From NCBI GenBank assembly GCA_001179505.1, contig CDMY01000467.1, forward strand, positions 7,041-71,040: a stretch of 64,000 bases of DNA, in the 5' to 3' direction. The notes beneath the pieces are model-generated. The model did not search any database. It saw nothing but the letters and a program-made list of their open reading frames with translations, and was not told the DNA's origin. Shown piece by piece: positions 53,339-64,000 of the stretch. Made by a program: the position numbers and the translations under genes. This DNA is from Vitrella brassicaformis CCMP3155 (taxonomy: Eukaryota; Protista; Chromerida). The first letter of the stretch is position 1. Every line of letters starts with the position of its first letter.

Positions 53339-53419
53339 GTTTTCGTACTCTGGTTGTGGGCCAAGAGAAATACTTGTGATTTTGTGGTATTTTACTTGTT
53401 TCCGGAGACGTCAGAATGT

Positions 53420-53791
53420 ATGCCCACTCTACGACAAATCATTAGGAACGGGCGAGTCAAAATTCCTAAGCGACGACGCACCTTAGCCTTAGTTGAATCT
53501 CCTCAAAGGCAAGGAGTTTGCTTCAAAGTTTATACTATGACTCCTAAGAAACCTAACTCCGCTTTAAGAAAAGTGGTGCGCGTCCGATTATCCTCGAGAT
53601 ACGATGTTATTGCTCACATACCAGGGGAGGGCTACGCTGTACAGGACCACAATCTAGTCTTAGTCCGAGGGGGTCGAGTAAAGGATCTGCCTGGAGTAAG
53701 ATTCAAAATTGTCAGGGGAGCACGAGAGGCTGTAGGAGTGACGAATAGAAAAAATGGCAGATCAAAGTACGGTGTGAAGAAATCTTTTTAG
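53420..53791 (+). CDS. rps12: 30S ribosomal protein S12
   Basis: [38 protein letters not shown]. Confidence 0.97.
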   Translation: MPTLRQIIRNGRVKIPKRRRTLALVESPQRQGVCFKVYTMTPKKPNSALRKVVRVRLSSRYDVIAHIPGEGYAVQDHNLVLVRGGRVKDLPGVRFKIVRGAREAVGVTNRKNGRSKYGVKKSF

Positions 53792-53800
53792 CATATACAA

Positions 53801-54451
53801 ATGACTCGAGTCTCTAAACCAAAACAGCACCCTATTTTCAAAAGTGCGCTGGTGGCTATGCTGGTGGCACGCATACAAAAATCAGGGAAAAGAAGCGTAG
53901 CAGAGGGCTTAATCCTACGTACTATGAATTACGTCGAACAGAAAGCAAACAAGCCGGCTCTGATGGTTCTGGAGCTAGCTGTAAAGAAGCTCATGCCGGA
54001 AGTGTCTTTAGTTTCGCAGCGGGTCGGTGCCTCAGTGTATCAAATTCCGCGTTCTATTCTGACTAGTGCGTCCATTCCACAGGCCATAAAATGGCTAGTC
54101 GACTCGGCGAAGGCTAAGAAAACGAACCGAATCTCCGAGGCCTTGGCATTAGAGATTCTAGACGCTTTTAATGGCCAGGGAACGGCCGTTGCTAAGCTTC
54201 AGCAAAATAAACGTATGGCTGCAGCCAATTTGGTTTATGCACATTTAGACAGAGGTCAGCAAAAACGCACCAGCCGTGTGGGACGGAAAATATTTCGATC
54301 ACGCGCCGAGTCTAAGAAAAAACGGGCGATGAACGCTTTGTCTAGATTACAGAGACACTACCGACAAGTAGATCGGTCAGTAAACAAGAGCCATGCCTTC
54401 CAAGCTGAATACCAAAGTCACCTATGGTATGCCAATCCAGAACGCTTATAA
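53801..54451 (+). CDS. rps7: 30S ribosomal protein S7, C-terminally extended
   Basis: GKRSVAE, RVGASVYQIP, AIKWLV, LA.EILDA..G.G.AV, MAAAN. Confidence 0.9.
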   Translation: MTRVSKPKQHPIFKSALVAMLVARIQKSGKRSVAEGLILRTMNYVEQKANKPALMVLELAVKKLMPEVSLVSQRVGASVYQIPRSILTSASIPQAIKWLVDSAKAKKTNRISEALALEILDAFNGQGTAVAKLQQNKRMAAANLVYAHLDRGQQKRTSRVGRKIFRSRAESKKKRAMNALSRLQRHYRQVDRSVNKSHAFQAEYQSHLWYANPERL

Positions 54452-54501
54452 GGCTAGCTTTCTAGGTAAAAAGTATCTGATATCAATTAACTAACACTTT
54501 C

Positions 54502-55743
54502 ATGGCGAGAGAAATTTTTGAAAGAGGCAAGCCTCACGTGAACGTGGGAACTATTGGCCATGTAGACCATGGTAAAACCACACTAACTGCGGCTATCACA
54601 TCTGTACTGGCGGTCACCTCAGGCGGAAAAGCTAAAAAGTACGACGAGATTGATGCGGCGCCGGAAGAAAAGGCCCGAGGAATTACCATTAATAGTGCCC
54701 ACGTCGAGTACGAGACATCTAAGAGACATTATGCTCATGTAGACTGTCCTGGTCACGCTGATTATGTCAAAAACATGATTACGGGCGCAGCTCAAATGGA
54801 TGGAGCGATCTTGGTAGTTTCGGCGGCAGACGGCCCGATGCCCCAGACCAGAGAGCATATTCTACTCTCTCGTCAGGTCGGTGTTCCCAATATTGTTGTT
54901 TTCTTAAACAAAGAGGATCAAGTAGATGATCCTGAGCTTTTAGAATTAGTGGAATTAGAGGTTAGAGAGATGCTAAGTAGCTATGGATTTCCAGGCGATG
55001 ATATACCGTGTATTTCAGGATCTGCGCTTCAGGCTTTAGAGACGGTCCAAAAGAACCCCGGCATTAAACGAGGGGACAATGACTGGGTGGATAAGATTTT
55101 AGCTTTGATGGACGCTGTAGATGATTATATTCCAACACCAGAAAGAGAGGTAGACAAACCGTTCTTGATGGCCGTGGAAGATGTTTTCTCTATTACAGGT
55201 CGAGGAACGGTCGCTACGGGTCGAGTAGAACGAGGCAAAGTGAAGGTTGGTGAAACGATTGAAATTGTCGGGTTGAAACCTACACGCTCTTCAACTGTAA
55301 CGGGTATAGAGATGTTTCAGAAAACTTTAGAAGAAGGAGTGGCAGGTGATAATATTGGCGTCCTTCTTCGGGGAATTCAAAAGACTGACATCTTAAGGGG
55401 AATGGTGCTAGCAGCGCCAGGGAGCATTACTCCTCATACAGAGTTTCAGGCGGAAGTTTACATTTTAACACCAGATGAAGGTGGGCGCCACAAGCCTTTT
55501 TTTGCAGGATACCGACCACAGTTCTACGTAAGAACTACAGACGTTACTGGTTCTATCACTGCCATTAAAAATGTTTCTGAAGACGGGACGGAGGAAGATA
55601 TTTCTATGGTTATGCCAGGAGACAAAGTGACCATTGAAGCTAGCTTAATTTATCCAATCGCGGTAGAAGAAGGTATGAGATTTGCCATCCGTGAAGGCGG
55701 GAGGACCGTTGGAGCTGGATTGGTAGTCAAAATAGTTAAGTAG
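54502..55743 (+). CDS. tufA: Elongation factor Tu
   Basis: [35 protein letters not shown]. Confidence 0.98.
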   Translation: MAREIFERGKPHVNVGTIGHVDHGKTTLTAAITSVLAVTSGGKAKKYDEIDAAPEEKARGITINSAHVEYETSKRHYAHVDCPGHADYVKNMITGAAQMDGAILVVSAADGPMPQTREHILLSRQVGVPNIVVFLNKEDQVDDPELLELVELEVREMLSSYGFPGDDIPCISGSALQALETVQKNPGIKRGDNDWVDKILALMDAVDDYIPTPEREVDKPFLMAVEDVFSITGRGTVATGRVERGKVKVGETIEIVGLKPTRSSTVTGIEMFQKTLEEGVAGDNIGVLLRGIQKTDILRGMVLAAPGSITPHTEFQAEVYILTPDEGGRHKPFFAGYRPQFYVRTTDVTGSITAIKNVSEDGTEEDISMVMPGDKVTIEASLIYPIAVEEGMRFAIREGGRTVGAGLVVKIVK

Positions 55744-55772
55744 TTGAAAAATCGGCTAAGAGGTGGTATAAA
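55744..55772 (+). promoter_or_regulatory. Putative sigma-70-type promoter upstream of psaD
   Basis: TTGAAA (55744-55749), 17-nt spacer, TATAAA (55767-55772). Confidence 0.5.
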
Positions 55773-55820
55773 AGAGGTTGTGTCTCAAGACGGAACGAAT
55801 AGGAGACGGCTCCCAAACTT

Positions 55821-56186
55821 ATGAAAGAAACCATTATTAAAACTCAGGGAACTGGAGGATGGCTGAGGACAGGGGGTGAAGAAGAGCGCTACGTCATAAC
55901 TTGGGCTAGCCCGAGGACGCAACTTTTCGAGTTGCCCACGGGAGGATGTGAATTTATGCGACAGGGCAAAAATCTTATTACATTTGCCCGAAAAGAACAG
56001 TGCATTTCTATAGGAAAACAGTTAAGGACTAATTTTAAGATAAATGACTACAAGATTTTTCGGGTGCTTCCCAACGGTCAGGTTGTTCTGCTTCATCCAA
56101 AAGACGGGGTCTTCCCGGAAAAGGTTAACACTGGGCGAGTTTTAGTTGGTGCCATGGAAGCAAACATAGGCAAATTTAAGGACTAA
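55821..56186 (+). CDS. psaD: PSI subunit II
   Basis: STGGLL-like [42 protein letters not shown]. Confidence 0.95.
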   Translation: MKETIIKTQGTGGWLRTGGEEERYVITWASPRTQLFELPTGGCEFMRQGKNLITFARKEQCISIGKQLRTNFKINDYKIFRVLPNGQVVLLHPKDGVFPEKVNTGRVLVGAMEANIGKFKD

Positions 56187-56200
56187 TAAAAATGCAAATT

Positions 56201-56282
56201 GGGCAGGTGGCGAAACGGTAAACGCACCACATTCAAAATGTGGCGAGCAACGCTCTTAAGGGTTCGATTCCCTTCCTGCCTA
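56201..56282 (+). tRNA. trnL: tRNA-Leu (CAA)
   Basis: TTCAAAA loop, long variable arm. Confidence 0.92.
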
Positions 56283-56305
56283 GTTGGTTTAGATTTAATG
56301 TCAAC

Positions 56306-56377
56306 CTGGGGCGGAAGGGATCGAACCTTCGCATAACGGAGTCAAAGTCCGTTGCCTTACCACTTGGCTACGCCCCA
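56306..56377 (-). tRNA. trnQ: tRNA-Gln (UUG)
   Basis: TGGGGCG acceptor; CTTTGAC loop. Confidence 0.94.
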
Positions 56378-56443
56378 TATCCTGTTACATATCCCGTCTA
56401 TTCTATAACTAGTGTTTTCTGCTGGTCTGGCAACTGCAAGCGC

Positions 56444-56516
56444 GCCGAGATAGCTCAGTTGGTAGAGCAGTGGATTGAAGATCCTCGAGTCACCAGTTCA
56501 AGTCTGGTTCTCGGCA
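56444..56516 (+). tRNA. trnF: tRNA-Phe (GAA)
   Basis: GCCGAGA acceptor; TTGAAGA loop. Confidence 0.93.
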
Positions 56517-56526
56517 AAAAGTACAT

Positions 56527-57234
56527 TTAAACAGGGCTTATTTGTATAATGTTTCCTGTCTTACCGGGGACGCTACCTTGTAGCCACAATAGACTATGAC
56601 GCACATCTAGCTTAAGTGGTCGCACTCTATTGTATTTTCGTCGAGAGGTTTTCCACCTTCCGGGCATCTTCTTTCTTGGATAGACACGAGACGGGAAGGT
56701 TCCTGCCCCTGCCGATCCAGGTGCTCGGTGGTGTTTAGATCCTCTAGTCATAGGTCCTCTACTAAATCCATAGCGGGATACTACACCTGCAAATCCGTGG
56801 CCTTTGCCTACTCCTCGTATACACACTAGGCGAGGTCCTGTGGGAAGCAGAGCAGATTCCGAAGAAGGTGTCCAGACGGGTACTTGCTCGCTTGACCGCA
56901 GAGGCTCCTGACGAGAGGCTCCCTCTCTGGGAACTTGAAAGACAGGGCCAGACTCTTGAAAGCGCCTAGGCACGAGCTCTGTGATGTCTGAGATCTGACC
57001 CAGAAGCATAGGCTCATTCTTTCTAGTAGCGAGGGTTAGCGATTGGACCGTTTCGCTGGGTTTAGAACAAAATTGTGTGTGTTTCCGGCGCCTCGACGCA
57101 GCCAGGCCAGTCTGCAAATTGATGGTAACTTGAACTGAAGGTCGTAGACTGACCATACTTACTAATTTCTGCGTAGAGCCCAGGGTATCTAAGCTCAACA
57201 CTGAAACTTTTGTTCCCAGAAAATTTCTTGCCAT
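56527..57234 (-). CDS. rpl3: 50S ribosomal protein L3 (divergent, detached from the S10 operon)
   Basis: FLGTK, GVGKGHGFAGVVSRYGFSRGPMTRGSKHHRAPGS, RVYPRKKMPGR, LLWLQGSVPG. Confidence 0.92.
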   Translation of the reverse strand: MARNFLGTKVSVLSLDTLGSTQKLVSMVSLRPSVQVTINLQTGLAASRRRKHTQFCSKPSETVQSLTLATRKNEPMLLGQISDITELVPRRFQESGPVFQVPREGASRQEPLRSSEQVPVWTPSSESALLPTGPRLVCIRGVGKGHGFAGVVSRYGFSRGPMTRGSKHHRAPGSAGAGTFPSRVYPRKKMPGRWKTSRRKYNRVRPLKLDVRHSLLWLQGSVPGKTGNIIQISPV

Positions 57235-57289
57235 ATGGCTCTATAAAATGTCTAAGACTTTCCATTAATCACCAGACACTGCATAAGTC

Positions 57290-57610
57290 TTAAACTAATA
57301 TCCAATTTTTGCTTTCCAAAAAACCGAGAGTCGAGTTACTCAGGCGCAGGGAAATAGTAGCAGATATTTGTCGGGAGGCGTCGCGCCGTACCTTAATTAA
57401 GTAACTCGTTTTAGGCTTTTTAAAGGAAGTAATCGCTCCCGATAGCGCTTGGACTCTAGCTTTGTTGTTTTCCTGAACGACTGAAGCCAGAACAACATTC
57501 CTGTTTAATAGTTTTTCTGGTAAGGGCTTCAAATGGAGCGAAAGCGACTTTCCTGCCCTGACTTTAGATTCTTTAAATGGTCGAGTTTTTCTGTATTGGT
57601 TGAGAGCCAT
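57290..57610 (-). CDS. rpl19: 50S ribosomal protein L19 (divergent)
   Basis: VVQENNKARVQALSGAITS...IKVRR resembles IQEGNKERVQPYEG.VIA...TVRR. Confidence 0.72.
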   Translation of the reverse strand: MALNQYRKTRPFKESKVRAGKSLSLHLKPLPEKLLNRNVVLASVVQENNKARVQALSGAITSFKKPKTSYLIKVRRDASRQISATISLRLSNSTLGFLESKNWILV

Positions 57611-57666
57611 ATATGGCGTGCTAGGCCTCAAAAAAGTCTCACCGTACAATTAAATCATGATAAAGC

Positions 57667-58161
57667 CTAAAAAACTCTTCTTTGTGCAGCAGTTTTTCTT
57701 CTTCTGGCGTAAGCAGCGCGTGAAACCCTTCTGCGCCTTGGTTTTACTGCTTGTAAAGCTTTACTTTGATTGGTCAAGATTAGTAACTGTCGAAGGCGCT
57801 TCGCGTGTCTAGTTAGAATTTTTTGTTCTTTAATCCTTAGCCGAGTTAAACGTCTTGGTCTGATTCTTTGATAGCGGTCTAGAAACCACGAGGAAAAAAC
57901 GACATTCGTCGCGTCTGAATCTAATATTTGATACAGAACGCGTGCGTCTCTAACAGGAGAAACTTTACCTATCACTGGCGAGCGTTGTCTTTCCTCTCTA
58001 AAGCTAAAGCGCGGACGATTCTGGTCGAATAACGACTTTATCGAATCCATCAGGGACTGCGAAGAGCTTTGTTTGTCATCTTTCAGGCTGTTCGATTCGT
58101 CCGCGGTAGTCACGTAACTATGGAAACTTCGTTTGGAGCTCTCGGAAACTTTATAAGTCAT
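57667..58161 (-). CDS. rps18: 30S ribosomal protein S18 (divergent, extended at both ends)
   Basis: DATNVVFSSWFLDRYQRIRPRRLTRLRIKEQKILTRHAKRLRQL resembles DYKN..L...F..E.GKIL.RR.T.L..KQQR..T.AIK.AR.L. Confidence 0.72.
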   Translation of the reverse strand: MTYKVSESSKRSFHSYVTTADESNSLKDDKQSSSQSLMDSIKSLFDQNRPRFSFREERQRSPVIGKVSPVRDARVLYQILDSDATNVVFSSWFLDRYQRIRPRRLTRLRIKEQKILTRHAKRLRQLLILTNQSKALQAVKPRRRRVSRAAYARRRKTAAQRRVF

Positions 58162-58219
58162 TTTTTGAGAAAAGTAACTTCATAGTAATTTTGACGACTC
58201 TGCGAGTTATGGGTCAATC

Positions 58220-59695
58220 TTAGCCCAGACTTTCCTCTACCTTTAAGGCTAGTAAAAAACTAGTCTCTACCCCAAACTCAAGGGGCAGCTGTTCACACAC
58301 TTCCTCGCAAAACCCACTTACCAGCAGGCCAATGCAGTACTCCTCGGGCAAGCCACGTTGACGCAGGTAAAATAGTTGATCTTGATTAATAGGCTGAACA
58401 GTTGCTTCGTGTTCCACATGGCACTTATTGGTCGAAGCGATGATGTACGGAAAGGTACAAGTCAATGAATCTGGGCCCAGTAAAATAGAATCACATTTCG
58501 TGAAATTTTGAGCCTGATAGGCGCGAGGCCCGATTTCCACGCTTCCCCGGTAGATGTTTTTTGATAAGCCTGTAGAAATACTTTTGGATATAATTCTACT
58601 TTTACTTCCGGTTCCAATATGGATCATTTTAGTTCCTGTATCAGCTTGCTGGAGGCTGTTAGTAAAACTAACGGAGTAGAACTCCCCTTGAGAGTTTTCT
58701 CCCATAAGTATGCAACTTGGATATTTCCATGTAATAGCAGAGCCCATTTCAACTTGAGCCCAAGAGATTTTGGCTTGTGATCCTACGCACATCCCTCTTT
58801 TAGTGACCAAATTGTAAAGCCCGCCCTCTCCGTTTTCATCTCCTGTGTACCAATTTTGAACCGTGGAATATTTAATCTCGGCTCCCGCTTCAGCTAGGAG
58901 TTCTACTACCGCTGCATGGAATTGATTATCGTCGTACTTAATAGCTGTGCAACCCTCGAGATAACTGACATAGGAGCCCGTCTCAGCGACGACTAAAGTG
59001 CGCTCGAACTGCCCTGAAGTTTCATCTTCTATGCGAAAATAGGTGGATAACTCTACATCGCACTTAGTGTCTTTGGGAATAAAACAAAACGAGCCGTCGC
59101 TGAAGATAGCGGAGTTAAGAGCTGCGTAGAAGTTGTCAGCTACTGGAACCACTTTTCCCAAGTACTTTTGCACAAGCCACGGATATTGAACAATAGCCTG
59201 TGTCAGTGAACAGAAAATGATGCCGGATTTCATAAGCTGAAGCTTTAGCGTAGCTAAGACCGACACACTGCCCACTACGGTATCAACGGCTACGGGTTTC
59301 CTATCTCCTTGAGTAGCTGCCGGTAGATTCAGTTGATTCACCGTATCTTCTAGTTTAGATCTAGTTAAGGAGTCTTGTGATGGAACAGAGTAAAAAATCT
59401 GTAGGTTACATTCTGGTGCCGGAGGGGCGAACAGGCTCCATTTTGGGATGTTTAATTTCTGCCACCACGTGAAGGCTCGCTCTCTAAACAGCCTGATTTG
59501 GATGGGTTCCCGCCTTAAGCGAGAAACGCGACGGATCAAGTCTGTGCTCAGTCCCTGGTGTAACCGCGAATGGCTTGACAGTCCATTGAGGCTAGTTCCG
59601 TACTCATATTGAACATATTGAAAAGGAGCATTAAGGGCTTGAGTTAGAGATTGTGTGGGACTTGGCAGAGTATAGGGAGCAAAAGAGCTGTTCAT
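58220..59695 (-). CDS. sufB: Fe-S cluster assembly protein SufB (Ycf24); start may be TTG at 59740
   Basis: FYAALNSAIFSDGSF, GQFERTL, KYSTVQNWY, GSAITWKYPSC, QQADTGTKM, CDS, EHEAT. Confidence 0.96.
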   Translation of the reverse strand: MNSSFAPYTLPSPTQSLTQALNAPFQYVQYEYGTSLNGLSSHSRLHQGLSTDLIRRVSRLRREPIQIRLFRERAFTWWQKLNIPKWSLFAPPAPECNLQIFYSVPSQDSLTRSKLEDTVNQLNLPAATQGDRKPVAVDTVVGSVSVLATLKLQLMKSGIIFCSLTQAIVQYPWLVQKYLGKVVPVADNFYAALNSAIFSDGSFCFIPKDTKCDVELSTYFRIEDETSGQFERTLVVAETGSYVSYLEGCTAIKYDDNQFHAAVVELLAEAGAEIKYSTVQNWYTGDENGEGGLYNLVTKRGMCVGSQAKISWAQVEMGSAITWKYPSCILMGENSQGEFYSVSFTNSLQQADTGTKMIHIGTGSKSRIISKSISTGLSKNIYRGSVEIGPRAYQAQNFTKCDSILLGPDSLTCTFPYIIASTNKCHVEHEATVQPINQDQLFYLRQRGLPEEYCIGLLVSGFCEEVCEQLPLEFGVETSFLLALKVEESLG

Positions 59696-59838
59696 GTTCC
59701 TCTTGGCCTTAATAGGAACGCTCTTTCCCAAGCTAGCCAACAGCTTTCTCTCTTACAAACATAGATTGGGTAAGAATAATTCAAGCCTAGGTGTTTAAGT
59801 CATATAGTCCTTAGTTAGTTTCTAGATAATAATAAAAA

Positions 59839-60909
59839 TTATGCTAAATCTACAGAAGCTAGATCTAGAGGGAAGTTGTGCGCGTTACGCTCATGCATTA
59901 CTTCCATACCAAGGTCAGCACGGTTTAGTACATCAGCCCATGTGTTAATTACACGTCCTTCACTATCCACAACTGACTGGTTGAAGTTGAATCCGTTTAG
60001 GTTGAATGCCATAGTGCTAATTCCCATAGCAGTTAGCCAAATACCTACAACTGGCCATACAGCAAGGAAGAAGTGTAGGGCACGAGAGTTGTTGAAGCTA
60101 GCGTATTGGAAGATTAGACGTCCAAAGTATCCGTGAGCCGCAACGATGTTGTACGTTTCTTCTTCTTGTCCTAGACGGTATCCGTAGTTTGTTGACTCTT
60201 CTTCAGTTGTTTCACGGATTAAGCTAGAAGTTACTAGAGACCCGTGCATTGCGCTGAATAGAGATCCTCCGAATACACCTGCTACACCAGCCATATGGAA
60301 TGGGTGCATTAGGATGTTGTGCTCAGCTTGGAAAACAAGCATGAAGTTGAATGTTCCAGAAATTCCAAGAGGCATTCCGTCCGAGAAGCTTCCTTGTCCA
60401 ATAGGGTAAACTAGGAACACCGCTGAAGCAGCAGCAACTGGAGCTGAGAACGCCACGAAGATCCATGGACGCATACCTAGACGGTAGCTTAGTTCCCACT
60501 CACGCCCCATGTATGAAGCTACACCTAGTAGGAAGTGTAGAACTACTAGTTGGTAAGGACCACCGTTGTATAGCCACTCCTCGATAGAAGCCGCTTCCCA
60601 AATTGGGTATAGGTGAACACCAATTGCGTTTGAGCTTGGGATAACAGCACCAGAGATGATGTTGTTTCCGTAAAGAAGTGATCCAGCAACTGGCTCACGA
60701 ATTCCATCGATGTCCACTGGAGGAGCTGCGATGAAAGCAACGATGAAGCAAGTTGTAGCAGTTAATAGACAAGGAATCATTACTACACCAAACCATCCAA
60801 TGTATAGACGATTCTCAGTGCTAGTTACCCATGCCGCGAAACGATTCCAAAGCATAGAAGCACCAGACAGTTTTTGGTTGTTAACGCTTACTGAATTACG
60901 AGTAGCCAT
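59839..60909 (-). CDS. psbA: PSII D1 protein
   Basis: [50 protein letters not shown]. Confidence 0.99.
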   Translation of the reverse strand: MATRNSVSVNNQKLSGASMLWNRFAAWVTSTENRLYIGWFGVVMIPCLLTATTCFIVAFIAAPPVDIDGIREPVAGSLLYGNNIISGAVIPSSNAIGVHLYPIWEAASIEEWLYNGGPYQLVVLHFLLGVASYMGREWELSYRLGMRPWIFVAFSAPVAAASAVFLVYPIGQGSFSDGMPLGISGTFNFMLVFQAEHNILMHPFHMAGVAGVFGGSLFSAMHGSLVTSSLIRETTEEESTNYGYRLGQEEETYNIVAAHGYFGRLIFQYASFNNSRALHFFLAVWPVVGIWLTAMGISTMAFNLNGFNFNQSVVDSEGRVINTWADVLNRADLGMEVMHERNAHNFPLDLASVDLA

Positions 60910-61095
60910 TAGGATTGACCTATGGAGCTTTGTCATACCAGCGGGTGCCTCAAGCGCAAAAACTCATATTTACTCTGAAAAAAAAGCTCTTTACTCGACA
61001 GGAGAGTTTGTCTACTCCCCATCCGCGATATTTTAAGTCGCAGGTCCCTGGAGCTTTGCTACCTGCAAGCGGGATCGTTCGTGCCAGCACGTCTC

Positions 61096-61167
61096 AGCGG
61101 GTAACGCGGCTCGAACGCGCGACCCCAACCTTGGCAAGGTTGTGCTCTACCACTGAGCTATACCCGC
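61096..61167 (-). tRNA. trnG: tRNA-Gly (GCC)
   Basis: Cloverleaf; TTGCCAA loop. Confidence 0.94.
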
Positions 61168-61217
61168 AGCTTCTTGAGAATCTGCTCTTTCACGCCCTAC
61201 AAACGCTAATAAGAACT

Positions 61218-61290
61218 CGAGACTGACGGGACTCGAACCCGCAACCTCCACCGTGACAGGGTGGCATTCTAACCATTGAACTACAGTCCC
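61218..61290 (-). tRNA. trnD: tRNA-Asp (GUC)
   Basis: Cloverleaf; CTGTCAC loop. Confidence 0.94.
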
Positions 61291-61293
61291 CTG

Positions 61294-61380
61294 AGGAGAG
61301 AGGGGGATTTGAACCCCCGGCACGTGAATACGTGCTACAGATTAGCAATCTGCCGCTTTCGACCACTCAGCCATCTCTCC
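61294..61380 (-). tRNA. trnS: tRNA-Ser (GCU)
   Basis: TTGCTAA loop; long variable arm. Confidence 0.94.
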
Positions 61381-61387
61381 ACCCTCG

Positions 61388-61461
61388 TGACTCTGGCAGG
61401 ATTTGAACCTGCGGCCTTGGGCTTATGAGTCCCGCGCTCTGACCTACTGAGCTACAGAGCC
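61388..61461 (-). tRNA. trnM: tRNA-Met (CAU), probably elongator
   Basis: GGCTCTG acceptor; CGGGACTCATAAGCC anticodon arm. Confidence 0.8.
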
Positions 61462-61479
61462 AACTATGTACGAGTTTTC

Positions 61480-61561
61480 TGAGCCGAATCGGATTTGAAC
61501 CGATGAAGGCGTAGCCAACGGATTTACAATCCGCCCCCATTGACCACTCGGGCACCGACTC
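61480..61561 (-). tRNA. trnY: tRNA-Tyr (GUA)
   Basis: TTGTAAA loop; long variable arm. Confidence 0.94.
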
Positions 61562-61597
61562 ATCTCAAAGATGTATGTTCAGAAAATAGCCGTTTCG

Positions 61598-61693
61598 TTA
61601 GATGAACCCAAACCGCCTCATGCCAACGTATAAAATTAAAGCCAATGCTGTAGATAAAATAACCAGGATTAGTGTATACAGAAGAATAACCAT
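61598..61693 (-). CDS. petL: Cytochrome b6f subunit VI
   Basis: Hand translation MVILLYTLILVILSTALALILYVGMRRFGFI (31 aa, single TM helix, LY.G.+..I end). Confidence 0.75.
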   Translation of the reverse strand: MVILLYTLILVILSTALALILYVGMRRFGFI

Positions 61694-61744
61694 ACGACCT
61701 TCCTAGAGAGTTCTTGGACTTCACGCCGAAGTAGGGCTTAGGCT

Positions 61745-61780
61745 GGGACCGGGAGCTATTTCCGTTCCCGAGATAGTCCC
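61745..61780 (-). terminator. GC-rich bulged stem-loop downstream of atpB
   Basis: GGGAC/GTCCC and CGGGA/TCCCG nested stems. Confidence 0.4.
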
Positions 61781-61824
61781 TATTTTATAGACACGCGGTT
61801 TTGGATCTGTTCACGTTGTTAAGC

Positions 61825-63498
<1,674 letters not shown>

Positions 63499-63574
63499 TT
63501 ATCTGGCTACCTTTTATTAATCACATACTGGAGGCCCTGAAGGCCAAAGGGAGTCACCAACTTATTCATATTTC

Positions 63575-63658
63575 TGTACCCGAGTGGGTTCGAACCACTG
63601 ATGCTTATAAGAGAATGGATTATGAGTCCATCGCTTTCGACCGCTCAGCCACGGGTAC
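63575..63658 (-). tRNA. trnI: tRNA with CAU anticodon and long variable arm, probably tRNA-Ile2 (lysidine type)
   Basis: GTACCCG/CGGGTAC acceptor, ATGGA-CTCATAA-TCCAT, 15-nt variable region; third CAU tRNA in the window. Confidence 0.7.
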
Positions 63659-63690
63659 TCTAGTAGTCATGTTTACTGCCGTGCTTCACT

Positions 63691-63789
63691 TTATTGACCT
63701 AAGATGCGTGGCGGCTCTCTGAAGAACACGGCTAAGAAAAGCACCAGAAGGGTGCTCAGTAGTAACAAGCTATAGACTGCAGCCTCCAT
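63691..63789 (-). CDS. psbT: Photosystem II protein T, repeat copy
   Basis: Reverse-complement copy of 5321..5419. Confidence 0.9.
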   Translation of the reverse strand: MEAAVYSLLLLSTLLVLFLAVFFREPPRILGQ

Positions 63790-63905
63790 CTGTGTTTATT
63801 TGTCTAAGTGTATCGAGCTTGGCTTCTCACCGGACCCCTAATGTCGGTCTATCTTTTTCTATTTTTTGGTAAAATCTTTTTTTGGACCCGCTGTGGTTCT
63901 CCAGG

Positions 63906-64000
63906 TTAGATCGATGACCCTAGCCCCGAGTAAGAACCATAGATAAACAAGCCCAAAAGCGTTAAAACGGCCATACCCCCTATACAAGCAATTAACCATA
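63906..64000 (-). CDS. psbJ: Photosystem II protein J, repeat copy (5' end outside window)
   Basis: Reverse-complement copy of 5110..5204. Confidence 0.88.
   Translation of the reverse strand, partial: WLIACIGGMAVLTLLGLFIYGSYSGLGSSI

Larger units (their letters stand above)
63659..64000. repeat. Inverted repeat copy B (start)
   Basis: Reverse complement of 5110..5451. Confidence 0.95.

Overview
This window is part of a compact, relatively GC-rich and strongly divergent plastid genome of red-algal secondary origin. It contains photosystem I/II, cytochrome b6f, ATP synthase, PEP RNA polymerase and ribosomal protein genes, plus chlL/N/B, acsF, sufB, clpC, secY, tufA, 16S rRNA and 24 tRNA genes. 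It covers the end of one inverted repeat (1..~5451), the whole ~58 kb single-copy region, and the start of the second repeat copy (63659..64000). Gene content and order (rps4-trnH-trnC-trnL with intron; trnE-trnP-rpl4; rps13-rpl36-rps11; sufB without sufC; no rbcL/rbcS in the window) point to a photosynthetic relative of apicomplexans. The best guess is Vitrella brassicaformis or a close relative; this is an inference, not a database match. The standard plastid code is used (TGG=Trp; TGA seen as stop). The most striking observation is that the ~390-aa N-terminal extension of Rps5 carries motifs collinear with sigma-70 regions 1.2 to 4.2. Other highlights: a CcsA lacking its WWD half; an unannotated ORF that looks like AtpG; cytochromes f and c550 without recognisable signal peptides; a ClpC with a degenerate first ATPase domain; a 167-nt group I intron; and a GC-rich structured spacer with weak RNase P RNA-like motifs. 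All family assignments come from manual motif recognition; no searches were run.
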